Assembly: GCA_947479915.1 (NCBI GenBank)
Contig: CANKAU010000007.1
Coordinates: forward strand, 16,190-80,189
Source: Chloroflexota bacterium
GTDB taxonomy: Bacteria; Chloroflexota; Dehalococcoidia; UBA2979
DNA length: 64,000 nt
Reading direction: 5' to 3'
Below, piece by piece: positions 9,034 to 19,596 of the stretch. The notes under the pieces are model-generated. The model ran no database searches and was not told the origin of the DNA. It saw nothing but the letters and a program-made list of their open reading frames with translations. Made by a program: the position numbers and the translations under genes. The stretch's first letter is position 1, and the number at the start of each line of letters is the position of its first letter.

Positions 9034-10809
9034 CTACGCCCGCGCCGCGACCACTGCGAGGCGGACGGCCTCCGCGGCGCGCGCCCACACCTGCTGGTGC
9101 AGCGCAACGTTGCGGTCGCGGTCGGTGCGGATTTCGAGGACATCGAGGCCCGGGCGCTGGAGCGCGTCGCCGATCGCCGCGCTCGCGGCGGCGCCGGGTT
9201 CGAGCAGTGCGTGTCGGCCGCCGTGCAGCGCCACCGCGTGGCGGAGGTCGAGGCCGTGCGGCGTGCCCCACCACTCCTCGAAGCGCGCGGGCATGCTCGT
9301 GCGCTGGGGGAGGAAGGAGAAGATGCCACCGCCGTCGTTGTTCACCAGTACGACGGTGAGGCTCAGGTCGTGGCGACGGATCGGCCAGAGGCCGTTCACG
9401 TCGTGCAGGAACGACAGGTCGCCGATCATCAGCGCGACCGGCCCGCCGGCCACCGCGGCCGCACCGGCAGCGCCCGAGATGACCCCGTCGATGCCACTGG
9501 CGCCGCGCGTGCCGACGATGCGGACGGCACGGTCCATGTTCGGAAAGAACGAGTCGATATCGCGCACGGGCATCGAGTTACCCGCGACGAGTGTCGCGCC
9601 CTCGGTCAGCGCGCCCGCGATGTCGAGGACCACCTGGCCTTCGAACGGCTCGTCGAGGTTGGCGATCGCGTCATCCAGCGCGGTGCGCGCCGCGGCGTTC
9701 GCGTCGCACCACAGCGCCAGCCACTCCGGGCGCGCCGAGGAACGCGCGTCGAGCGCCTCGAGCAGCGCGGAGCAGAACGCCCCGGGGTCGGCGGCCACAG
9801 CGAGCGAGGAGCGCAGGTCGGGGTCACGCCACCCGCCGCTCGCAGCCACGGCCGGGTCGACGAGGATCTGCGTCGTCGCGGTGAGCGAGGCGAGCCATGT
9901 GAATACGGGCTTCGAGGTCGGCTGCGCGCCGAAGCGGATGGTGACCTCGGGCGTGGCGGGCTCCGTGAAGGCGGTGACCCGGGCGAGCACGTCCGCACGG
10001 TCGATGACCGCGTCGAACGAGTGGTGCCCTGCGCGCATCCCGGACAGCGGATCCGCGATGATCGGCCAGCCCAGCACCTTCGCGAGCGCCGCGATTGCGG
10101 CGGCGGGGAGCCCGCTCGACTCCGGCCCGCAGACGATGACACCTCGACGTCCCGACACCACCGAGGCGACCCGGGCGATGTCGTTCGGGGTGGGCGCGGC
10201 AGGCGCGGCGATGGCGCGGCGCATCTCCGGCGTGTCGAGGTCGAACGGGAGCGTCTCGGAGTCCGCGTCCACCAGCGGCTCGCGGAACGGGATGTTCAGA
10301 TGCACCGGCCCCGCGGGCGCCTCGCACGACACGGCAGCGGCACGCGCGCCCGTCGCGGCGGCGTACCGCTCGAGGTCGGCGAGCGCACCGGCGTCGGCGA
10401 CTGGGAGGTCGACGGCCCACTTCACGTGCGTGGAAAAGATGCCGACCTGGTCGACCGTCTGGGCGGTGCCCAGGTCGCGCGCCTCGGGCGGGCGGTCGGC
10501 GGTGAGGAAGATCAGCGGGACGCGCGACAGGCGCGCCTCGACGGCGGCGGGGAGGAAGTTCGCGGCGGCGGTGCCGGACGTGCAGGCGAGGGCCACCGGC
10601 TCGCCGGTCTGCCTCGCGATGCCGAGCGCGAAGTAGCCCGCGGAGCGCTCGTCGAGGTGCAGCCACACCTTGAACGGCGACCCGGGCGACGTGGCGGCGA
10701 TGGTGATGGGGGTGTTCCGAGAGCCCGGAGCGATGACGAAGTGCCGCACACCGTTCTGGTGAAGCGACTGCAGCAGCGCGTGCACGGTGCGATCGGCGGG
10801 CTGGGCCAT
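9034..10809 (-). CDS. menD: SEPHCHC synthase (ThDP-dependent)
   Basis: APGSRNTP, DERSAGYFALG, CTSGTAAAN, RGASGIDG, GDLSFLHD, NNDGGGIF. Start placed 7 nt after the -10 TAAGAT. Confidence 0.96.
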   Translation of the reverse strand: MAQPADRTVHALLQSLHQNGVRHFVIAPGSRNTPITIAATSPGSPFKVWLHLDERSAGYFALGIARQTGEPVALACTSGTAAANFLPAAVEARLSRVPLIFLTADRPPEARDLGTAQTVDQVGIFSTHVKWAVDLPVADAGALADLERYAAATGARAAAVSCEAPAGPVHLNIPFREPLVDADSETLPFDLDTPEMRRAIAAPAAPTPNDIARVASVVSGRRGVIVCGPESSGLPAAAIAALAKVLGWPIIADPLSGMRAGHHSFDAVIDRADVLARVTAFTEPATPEVTIRFGAQPTSKPVFTWLASLTATTQILVDPAVAASGGWRDPDLRSSLAVAADPGAFCSALLEALDARSSARPEWLALWCDANAAARTALDDAIANLDEPFEGQVVLDIAGALTEGATLVAGNSMPVRDIDSFFPNMDRAVRIVGTRGASGIDGVISGAAGAAAVAGGPVALMIGDLSFLHDVNGLWPIRRHDLSLTVVLVNNDGGGIFSFLPQRTSMPARFEEWWGTPHGLDLRHAVALHGGRHALLEPGAAASAAIGDALQRPGLDVLEIRTDRDRNVALHQQVWARAAEAVRLAVVAARA

Positions 10810-10849
10810 CCAACCCATCTTATCCCTGTGTGAAGACAGCGTCGCGAGG

Positions 10850-11086
10850 CGGAGGAGCGTCGCGCTCCTCCGGGGCGTTCGAGGCGCACGAGGCGGCCCA
10901 CCCCTGCCCCTCCCGGCGCGGGAGGGGTTCTGAATCAGATGGATGATGCGGGGGTTGCACCCCCAACGCCCCCCAGGACGCGCTGCGGTAGGCAGCGCGG
11001 CGGGACGAGAACGGGACGTGCACTCGGGCAACCCGCACCTGCTTCGGCCCCTCGCCTGCGAAGCGGAAGAGGGCGGCGGTGAGGGT
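10850..11086. repeat. Cluster of GC-rich palindromes (REP-like) between menF and menD
   Basis: Hairpins at 10850-10872, 10907-10927, 10950-10964, 10979-10999 and about 11049-11073. Confidence 0.6.
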
Positions 11087-11106
11087 TCCGCCGTCCGAGG
11101 GGACGA

Positions 11107-12447
11107 CTACGCGCCGAGCGCCTCGGACAGGGGGCGGTACTTCAGTTGGACTTCGTCGAGCTCCTGCTGCGGGACGGAGTCGCCCATGATGCCGTTCCCC
11201 GCGAACAGCCACGCACGAGGCCCCCGCACCACGGCGGAGCGCAGCCCGACGGCGAACTCGCCGTCACCGGCGCCGTCCATCCAGCCCACCGGGCCGGCGT
11301 ACCAGCCGCGGTCGAACGCCTCGTGCTGGGTGATGACTTCGCGGGCGCGTTCGAAGGGCCAGCCGCAGACGGCGGGCGTGGGGTGGAGGCGCTGGACGAG
11401 GTCGAGGACGTCCACGCCCGGGCGCACCCGGCCGCTGATCTCCGTCGACAGGTGCTGGATGTTGCGCAGACGGCGGAGCTGCGGCTGGTTCGGCGCGACG
11501 AGGTCCTCGGTCGCGCCGTCCAGGCGCTCGCGGATCGCGCGCACGACCGTCTCGTGCTCGATGCGGTTCTTCGCACTCTCAAGGAGCGCGGTGCCGAGGC
11601 GCTCGTCCTCCTCGGGGTCGGTGCCGCGCCGCGTCGAACCCGCGAGGCCGAGTGCGCGCACGCGCCCCTGGGTGAGCGAGACGAGCAGCTCCGGCGATGC
11701 GCCGAGGAACGTGGCGTCCCCGCTGGTCATGGTGAACAGGTGGCAGTCGGCGTAGTTCGCCCGCAGCCGCGCCAGCGCCCGCCCGATCGAGATCGGGGCG
11801 TCGCCGGCCAGCGTCTGCGTGGAGGCGAGCACGGCCTTCTCGTACAGCCCGGCGCGCACCTCGGACGCGATCGTGGCGACGCTGGAGAGCCAGCGCTCCC
11901 GGTCAATCGGGGTCTCGACCCGCAGCGCGGTGGCGTCGAGGTCGCCCGGCGACCGCTGGGCACGCTCGACGAGCGCGGCGACGTCGTTCGGGGCGGCACT
12001 CGGCGCGAGGATCAGCGCGTTCGACTCGCCGGTGGCGAGGAACAGCACGCGCGGCAGCACCAGCCATCCGGCGCCGAAGCCCTCCCACGGCGTCTTCGCC
12101 GGGACGTTCGGGTTGAAGCGGAAGCCGCCGAGGAGTCTCGGCCGCAGCCCCGGCAGGTCGCCCCCGCCGGGCCGGTCCACCAGTGCGCGCGCCTGTGCGC
12201 CCAACGCGCCCGGCCCCGCGCCCCACGGTGCCTCGATGCGCCCCGCCTCGCCGACGGCGACCATCGCCAGCCCGAGCGCCGGCCGCTCGTACGAGGCGAC
12301 GACTCCCGCGCCCTGCGGGTCGTCCAGCAGTCGACGGGGGTCGAAGGAGTCCGGCAGCGTCAGCGACAGGAACGCGTCCGCGCCCGACTTCCGCCGTGCC
12401 GCCTCGATGCGCGCGAGCACGTCCCCGGCGTCGATGTCACTCGCCAC
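11107..12447 (-). CDS. menF: Isochorismate synthase
   Basis: FLGASPELL, LAGSTRRG, KNRIEH, LHPTPAVCG, RGWYAGPVG, AGNGI. Confidence 0.94.
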   Translation of the reverse strand: MASDIDAGDVLARIEAARRKSGADAFLSLTLPDSFDPRRLLDDPQGAGVVASYERPALGLAMVAVGEAGRIEAPWGAGPGALGAQARALVDRPGGGDLPGLRPRLLGGFRFNPNVPAKTPWEGFGAGWLVLPRVLFLATGESNALILAPSAAPNDVAALVERAQRSPGDLDATALRVETPIDRERWLSSVATIASEVRAGLYEKAVLASTQTLAGDAPISIGRALARLRANYADCHLFTMTSGDATFLGASPELLVSLTQGRVRALGLAGSTRRGTDPEEDERLGTALLESAKNRIEHETVVRAIRERLDGATEDLVAPNQPQLRRLRNIQHLSTEISGRVRPGVDVLDLVQRLHPTPAVCGWPFERAREVITQHEAFDRGWYAGPVGWMDGAGDGEFAVGLRSAVVRGPRAWLFAGNGIMGDSVPQQELDEVQLKYRPLSEALGA

Positions 12448-12475
12448 GATCGGTGCTCGCTTCTGGTGGGCTGCG

Positions 12476-12503
12476 TCGGTGGGGTACTTCCAGTATAGGC
12501 AGC
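12476..12503 (-). repeat. Repeat Y copy 1; contains the minus-strand -10 TATACT (probable menF promoter)
   Basis: ACTTCCAGTATAGGCAGC is identical at 12486-12503 and 13151-13168. Confidence 0.8.
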
Positions 12504-12555
12504 AGCCCGGTGCGGGCGAGGCGTTAGCGAGGCGGGACGCCGTTCGACTCAGGGA

Positions 12556-13086
12556 TCAAGGCACATCGAACAGATAGGGAGTCCCGTAGGCATGAAAGTA
12601 CGAGCCATTCATCGTCTCGACCTTGAAGGCTGCACAACTTCTACGAGCTGGGATGAACCCCTCGAGAGCTGCCGACGACAGAATGAACGTGACGCTAGCG
12701 GTCCCATCCGCGTCGGACGTGATGTCGACCGGCAGATACCTTCCTTCAAAGTCGAGCGGGCCGAACCAAACCACCAGGCGAGTTGTTGCGGGAAAGCCGC
12801 TAATCCTGAGAGTTACGCGATCCCCGAGGGCGGGGGCCGCAGGAACGATACCGAGGCTTGCTCCCACGAAGGTTGGGAACCCCTTTGTACTATCCGCGCA
12901 ATCCCGTTCGCTGATTGCTGTTGAAGCCACGGTGGGTGTCATACCGGGCGTCGCGCTGGCCGTTGGCGCGAGACTCGCGGTCGCCCTCGGACTCACCGAT
13001 GCGGGCGCGGGCGCGACGATCGGTCGCCGCATGCCGCATCCCACGAGAAGCGTCATCGCCAACACGAGGGGCACGAGGTGCTTCAC
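12556..13086 (-). CDS. Hypothetical lipoprotein (unit B)
   Basis: (M)KHLVPLVLAMTLLVGC lipobox, Pro/Thr/Ala linker, AT-richer core. GTG start lies 7 nt after TAGCAT; alternative ATG at 13095. Confidence 0.72.
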   Translation of the reverse strand: MKHLVPLVLAMTLLVGCGMRRPIVAPAPASVSPRATASLAPTASATPGMTPTVASTAISERDCADSTKGFPTFVGASLGIVPAAPALGDRVTLRISGFPATTRLVVWFGPLDFEGRYLPVDITSDADGTASVTFILSSAALEGFIPARRSCAAFKVETMNGSYFHAYGTPYLFDVP

Positions 13087-13137
13087 GCGGCGCATGCTAC
13101 CTCGGGCGGGCCGACCTCGCGCGGGGGGCGCGGGGTG
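13058..13137 (-). repeat. Repeat X copy 1 (80 bp: promoter plus start of signal peptide)
   Basis: 76 of 80 positions identical to 13822-13901 by manual alignment. Confidence 0.9.
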
Positions 13138-13139
13138 CC

Positions 13140-13168
13140 TCGGTGGGGGCACTTCCAGTATAGGCAGC
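13140..13168 (-). repeat. Repeat Y copy 2
   Basis: TCGGTGGGGGCACTTCCAGTATAGGCAGC versus TCGGTGGGGTACTTCCAGTATAGGCAGC at 12476-12503. Confidence 0.8.
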
Positions 13169-13181
13169 GGGGTCGTGGGGG

Positions 13182-13850
13182 CTACGGCGACTGCGGCGGT
13201 GGCGGAGCGACGACGACCGAGCCGGGAGGGTCTGCGTATTGCGTGCACCCCGATACCAACCAGAACAGGCTGACGCTCCCAACGCCGTCGTCGGTCATGA
13301 GGACCCGCATCCCGCTGGTCGAGACAGGTGCATCTAGGAAGTCGATGATTGACCCGGTCGACGTCCGTGAGACGGCGCGCAGGTGCCATGCAGGGGCGGG
13401 CATCCCTGCTCCATCCAACATCATTCGTGCCAACCGGCCTGGATCGCCTTCTAACGCCGTCCAAAGGTACTGACCGGGACAACTACCGAACAGGATCGCT
13501 GGAACGAGAGCGCCGGCCAGTGTCCCCTCCCCGCAAGAGGGCTGCCGATCCTTTCGACAGGGTTGGGCCGCACCCTTCATGTAGGGGGTGAGCGCGATCG
13601 AGTCACGAGCCAAGACCGCGGTGATGAAGGCGTCGACCGGCCCGACGCCTGTCATCGGCGGTGCGTCCCACGCGCGGACTGGCGCCGTTCGGATCGGCGT
13701 TGGAGCGGTTGCCGGTGGCGTCGACGTTCCGACCGGCTGGGCTGTCGCACTCGTCGTTGCCGTCCCCGTCCCCGTCGAGGCGGTCGGGGGCGGCTGGGTG
13801 CAGCCCGCGAGGAGCGCGGCAGCCAGCACGAGGGGGACGAGGTGCTTCAC
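13182..13850 (-). CDS. Hypothetical Cys-containing lipoprotein (unit A)
   Basis: (M)KHLVPLVLAAALLAGC lipobox, Thr/Pro linker, core with four further Cys; alternative ATG at 13859. Confidence 0.72.
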   Translation of the reverse strand: MKHLVPLVLAAALLAGCTQPPPTASTGTGTATTSATAQPVGTSTPPATAPTPIRTAPVRAWDAPPMTGVGPVDAFITAVLARDSIALTPYMKGAAQPCRKDRQPSCGEGTLAGALVPAILFGSCPGQYLWTALEGDPGRLARMMLDGAGMPAPAWHLRAVSRTSTGSIIDFLDAPVSTSGMRVLMTDDGVGSVSLFWLVSGCTQYADPPGSVVVAPPPPQSP

Positions 13851-13901
13851 GCGGCGCATGCTACCTCGGGCGGGGCGGCCTCGCGCGGGGGGCGCGGGGT
13901 G
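13822..13901 (-). repeat. Repeat X copy 2
   Basis: Direct repeat of 13058-13137 at an offset of 764 bp. Confidence 0.9.
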
Positions 13902-13958
13902 GCTAGACTGGCGGCAGCGAACACCGCGCGACCTCGCCATTCCGACATGGGGGTTCCG

Positions 13959-14147
13959 ATGCCTGAGCAGCACACCGGCTTCAAGATTGGCGAGAACGGC
14001 GTCGAGGGGAAGTGCTCCCTCTGCGGCACGTATGTCATCAAGGGTGGCGTGAAGTTCCGCGAGAAGTCCGTCCTCTGCTCGGAGTGCGCCGCGCGCCAGG
14101 CGAAGATCGGCAACCCGTACGGCGCCACCCCCGGCCGCCGCGAGTAG
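13959..14147 (+). CDS. Small putative zinc-binding protein (62 aa; CxxC-x17-CxxC)
   Basis: KCSLCG...LCSECA, host-like codon usage, upstream -10 TAGACT. Confidence 0.7.
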   Translation: MPEQHTGFKIGENGVEGKCSLCGTYVIKGGVKFREKSVLCSECAARQAKIGNPYGATPGRRE

Positions 14148-14210
14148 TCGCGCCGGCCTCGCGGCCCGCGTGACCGCCGAGGCCCACCGCCCCTACCGCC
14201 CCCACCGACC

Positions 14211-14612
14211 ATGAGCGCGATCCGCACCTTCTGGCGCACCGGCATCCTCGGGCGCTGCCCGGAGTGCGGGCGCACCTCGATGTTCAACTCCTACTACGGG
14301 CTGCACGAGCGCTGCGCGGTCTGCAACACGCGCTTCGAGTCCAACTCCGGCGAATGGCTGGGCGGCACCGCCTTCGGCTACACCATCGGCGCGCTGGTCG
14401 CACTCGCCCTCGCGCTGATCGAGGTGCAGTGGGGCATCTTCGCCGCGATGGGCCTGTCGCTGGCGTGGACCATGGGCGTGATCGCCGCGATCGCCCTCGC
14501 AGCGACGGTCGTCGGCTACCGGCCCGCGAAGGCGATCTGGTTCGCGCTGGTCTACGAGATGGGCTTCATGGCCGTCGGCGACGACCCGCCCGGGACGCCT
14601 CGACCCCGCTAG
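14211..14612 (+). CDS. DUF983-like membrane protein with zinc ribbon
   Basis: GRCPECG..MF......ERCAVC followed by two TM helices and RPAKAIW. Confidence 0.8.
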   Translation: MSAIRTFWRTGILGRCPECGRTSMFNSYYGLHERCAVCNTRFESNSGEWLGGTAFGYTIGALVALALALIEVQWGIFAAMGLSLAWTMGVIAAIALAATVVGYRPAKAIWFALVYEMGFMAVGDDPPGTPRPR

Positions 14613-14620
14613 CCGCCGCG

Positions 14621-14851
14621 CTACCGCGCCGCGACGGGCGGCACGAGGACGTGCAGCACGGACGTGAGTGCCATCGCCAGCACGAGCAGCGAGGCGAGCG
14701 CGATCGGCGTCGCCGCGGCCCACGCGAGGAACGCGGAGTACGGCCGCAGTCGTCCCCACGCCCAGCGCCCCACGAGGAACGCGCCGAGCCACGGCAGCGC
14801 GTAGACCACGCCCCACCCGGCCTCGATCGCCAGCGTCTCCAGATCCGGCAT
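14621..14851 (-). CDS. Small hypothetical membrane protein
   Basis: 76 aa with two hydrophobic segments; ATG lies 6 nt after the -10 TAGCAT. Confidence 0.6.
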   Translation of the reverse strand: MPDLETLAIEAGWGVVYALPWLGAFLVGRWAWGRLRPYSAFLAWAAATPIALASLLVLAMALTSVLHVLVPPVAAR

Positions 14852-14931
14852 GTCCTGATGCTAGCGCGAGAGGGGCACCTCGCACCGGCGATATACTCGG
14901 GCGCGGCGAAGCACGCCACGGAGGTGACGCG

Positions 14932-16680
<1,749 letters not shown>

Positions 16681-16683
16681 GGC

Positions 16684-17589
16684 GTGACTTCGGACCAGGG
16701 GCCTGGGCAGCAGCCGGCACCCGCGCCCGACGATCCGTCGGGTACGCCGGTCCCACCGGCGCCCTCGGCACCGCCGGCTGCGCCAGCGCTTTCGCCGTTC
16801 GCCCCCGGCCGCTGGGGCTGGGCGTGGATCGGGTTGTCCGTCGCGTGGACCCTGTGGGGCCTGGCGGGGCGCCCGCTGCCCGCGGGCTGGGTGGCTACGC
16901 GACCGTCTGCCGAGGCGACGCGACCGCCGGTGGCTCGCCAGCCGAACCCGGCCGCCGCCACGCCCTCGACCGGGTCTCCGCTCACGAACTCGTCACCACC
17001 CCGCCCGGGTAGCCCGACGTCATGGGAGCCGGCCGTGCGGGTCGAGAAGGGCTTCGTCCTGGCCGCCGATCTCCCGCCCGGCAACTGGGAGACGCACGTC
17101 ATGACTTCGTCGCCGTGGGTATCGCAGCAGACACCGAACTGGGGCCACCAAGCACTGCTCGGACGCGGGGTGAAGATCGAGCAGATCATCCTCGACCTGC
17201 CGCCGACCGCGGATCGCGGTCGCATCCAGAGTGCCTGGCGCGCCCTGATGGGCAAAGACGGCACGACGCCGAGCCAACTGCCCGCTGGCGGGAGCGCGCT
17301 CCTGACCAGTCTGGTCACCCGTCAGAATGCCGCCATGGAGCGGCTGTCGGTGGAGTCGATCCGGCCGATCGTCCCGCGCTACCCCGACGAGCAGTGGGGG
17401 AACTGGGCGTTCTCAATCATCACGGCGCCCGCCCGCAGCAGCATGGTCGCCGACTCGTTCGAGTGGTCCTCGGGCCGCTTCGCTACCCTGTTGATCATCG
17501 CCCGCACGGGGGATGCTCCGCCGTTCGACACGATCGAGTTGCTCCGCAAGGCCCGCGCACGCCTCGACGACGCGCAGAAAGCGAACTGA
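16684..17589 (+). CDS. Hypothetical Pro-rich membrane-anchored protein
   Basis: Fills the gap between acsA and citrate synthase with 2-3 nt spacing; one TM segment flanked by Pro-rich regions. Confidence 0.55.
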   Translation: MTSDQGPGQQPAPAPDDPSGTPVPPAPSAPPAAPALSPFAPGRWGWAWIGLSVAWTLWGLAGRPLPAGWVATRPSAEATRPPVARQPNPAAATPSTGSPLTNSSPPRPGSPTSWEPAVRVEKGFVLAADLPPGNWETHVMTSSPWVSQQTPNWGHQALLGRGVKIEQIILDLPPTADRGRIQSAWRALMGKDGTTPSQLPAGGSALLTSLVTRQNAAMERLSVESIRPIVPRYPDEQWGNWAFSIITAPARSSMVADSFEWSSGRFATLLIIARTGDAPPFDTIELLRKARARLDDAQKAN

Positions 17590-17591
17590 AC

Positions 17592-18740
17592 ATGCCTGAT
17601 GACGCGTCCGAGGCTGTCGAGATCCACCGCGGGCTCAACGGCGTCTACTTTGACCGCAGCGGCACGAGCGACATCGACGGCAAGGCCGGGGAGCTGCGCT
17701 ACCGCGGCTACTCGATCCATGACCTCGCCGAGCACTCGTCGTTCGAGGAAGTGACGTACCTCCTGCTGTACGGCGAGCTGCCGACGCGCGCGCAGCTGGC
17801 GGCGTTCGACGCCGAGCTGAAGGCGGCGCGCACGCTGCCGGAGGGGGTGCTCGAGGTGATCCGCGCGGTGCAGGGCGCACATCCGATGGACGTGCTGCGC
17901 ACCGCCGTCTCCGCGCTCGCCGCGTTCGACCCGGACACCGCGGACAACAGCCGCGAGGCGACCGTCCGCAAGGGCATCCGCCTCACCTCGCAGGTGCCGA
18001 TGATCGTCGCGGCGCACCACCGCATCCGGCAGGGCCTGCCGATCGTGCCGCCGGACAACTCGCTCAACCACGCGGGCAACTTCCTGCAGATGCTGAAGGG
18101 CGAGCGCCCGTCCGAGGATGCCGTTGAGCTGATGGACATGGACCTCGTGCTGCACGCGGAACACGGGACGAACGCCAGCGCGTTCACCGCCCGCGTGGTC
18201 GCGGGCACGGACGCGAACCTGCACGCCGCCACCACCGCCGCGATCGCCGCGCTCTCCGGCCCGGCGCACGGCGGCGCCGCGGAACAGGTGATGCTGATGG
18301 CGCAGGAGATCGGCGCACCGGAGAACGCCGCCGCCTACGTGAAGGCGAAGCGAGCCAACCGCGAGGCGGTGATGGGCTTCGGGCATCGCGTGTACCGCGT
18401 CGAGGATCCGCGCGCGCGCCACATGCGCGAGGGAGTGAAGCGGCTGTCGCAGGAGATGGGTCAGCCGCAGTGGTACGAGATCCTCGAGGCGACCGTGGAG
18501 GCAATGAAGCCCTACGCGCGCCTGGGGGTCGCCGTGAACGTCGACTTCTACGCGGGCGTCGTCTACTACCTGCACGGCATCCCGGAGGATCTGTTCGTCC
18601 CGATCTTCGCGATCGGCCGCACCCCCGGCTGGGCCGTCCAGGTCCTCGAGCAGTTCGAGCACAACGTGCTCATCCGCCCCCTCACGGTGTACAACGGCCC
18701 GCCCCCGCGCGACTACGTCCCGATGGAGCGCAGGGGGTAG
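17592..18740 (+). CDS. Citrate synthase or 2-methylcitrate synthase
   Basis: LRYRGYSI, HAEHGTNAS, GPAHGGA, MGFGHRVY..EDPR, NVDFY. Confidence 0.93.
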   Translation: MPDDASEAVEIHRGLNGVYFDRSGTSDIDGKAGELRYRGYSIHDLAEHSSFEEVTYLLLYGELPTRAQLAAFDAELKAARTLPEGVLEVIRAVQGAHPMDVLRTAVSALAAFDPDTADNSREATVRKGIRLTSQVPMIVAAHHRIRQGLPIVPPDNSLNHAGNFLQMLKGERPSEDAVELMDMDLVLHAEHGTNASAFTARVVAGTDANLHAATTAAIAALSGPAHGGAAEQVMLMAQEIGAPENAAAYVKAKRANREAVMGFGHRVYRVEDPRARHMREGVKRLSQEMGQPQWYEILEATVEAMKPYARLGVAVNVDFYAGVVYYLHGIPEDLFVPIFAIGRTPGWAVQVLEQFEHNVLIRPLTVYNGPPPRDYVPMERRG

Positions 18741-18744
18741 GGGA

Positions 18745-19596
18745 GTGCCACCGCGCGGCCTGCCAATCGCCGTCCCGGCAGATCGCCCCCTAAGGGGCGA
18801 TGAGATCGAGTTGCTATTGGCGTGGATTTTCACGCGCCCAAGACCGGACTACGAGTCCCGGTTTCAGTTGGGGACCTTCTTCAGCGAGATCGGCGACAGT
18901 CTCGGCACGCTGGCAAAAATAAACGGAGGACAGGCCGTTGTCTTCGCCCAAATTCGAAGCCTGATTTGGAAATGGGTCGTTGGGGGCTTCGTTGTTCCCT
19001 GCGGCAGCGCAGAGCAATTCGACGCCACTGAATCCGGTCGCGTGTTCCTTAGAGGAGTGGCCGATGACCGCCACCTCGCGGTAATCGAGGGCACGCTCGC
19101 CGCAAGGCTGCGCCGTGACATCCCCACGATTGACGAGGCGGTGGTCTTCTACGCCGATCAGAGCCAGCGATGCTTCCTCTCCGCTCTATATCAGCCGTCT
19201 GTCGTCATGCTTGGCTTAGCGAACGAGATGCTCGTTCAGACCCTTTTCGATGCGCTCCTTTCAGTGGAAGCAGCAGCAGGCATCCCGCCCTACCAGCCTC
19301 GACGAGGGAACACTTCGGTCGTGACGAAGATGGACTGGCTCGAGCTCCGATTTCGGGAGAATCGGACGCTGATCGGCCGGTACCTAACCGCCGCGGGACA
19401 GCCCAGCCGCTGGATCGACGATCTCCCGATGCTTCTCGGTCAGTCAAACGCCCTACGCCTCGTGAGGAACGACAGCGGCCACCCGAGTCCCTACCGCGGC
19501 GAGTATGAAGACGCGCTCGGTTTCCTCACACTCTTCCCGAAGATCGCGCAGGCTTTCACCGAAACGACTGTGGCTCTCGAAGCCCGCCGGCCATGA
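18745..19596 (+). CDS. Hypothetical protein with C-terminal HEPN/DUF4145-like domain
   Basis: QSQRCFLSALYQPSVVMLGLANE and LRLVRNDSGHP (R-x4-H); atypical codon usage. Confidence 0.6.
   Translation: MPPRGLPIAVPADRPLRGDEIELLLAWIFTRPRPDYESRFQLGTFFSEIGDSLGTLAKINGGQAVVFAQIRSLIWKWVVGGFVVPCGSAEQFDATESGRVFLRGVADDRHLAVIEGTLAARLRRDIPTIDEAVVFYADQSQRCFLSALYQPSVVMLGLANEMLVQTLFDALLSVEAAAGIPPYQPRRGNTSVVTKMDWLELRFRENRTLIGRYLTAAGQPSRWIDDLPMLLGQSNALRLVRNDSGHPSPYRGEYEDALGFLTLFPKIAQAFTETTVALEARRP

Noticed and set aside
7012..10833. Long plus-strand ORFs (571 aa and 656 aa) and many similar antisense ORFs elsewhere, such as 11146..12498, 49534..51273 and 57563..59308
   Set aside because: They lie antisense to well-supported genes and have no motifs; such shadow ORFs are expected in high-GC DNA.
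12476..13901. X and Y repeats considered as integron attC sites or IS ends
   Set aside because: No RYYYAAC...GTTRRRY palindrome, no terminal inverted repeats, and no integrase or transposase in the window.
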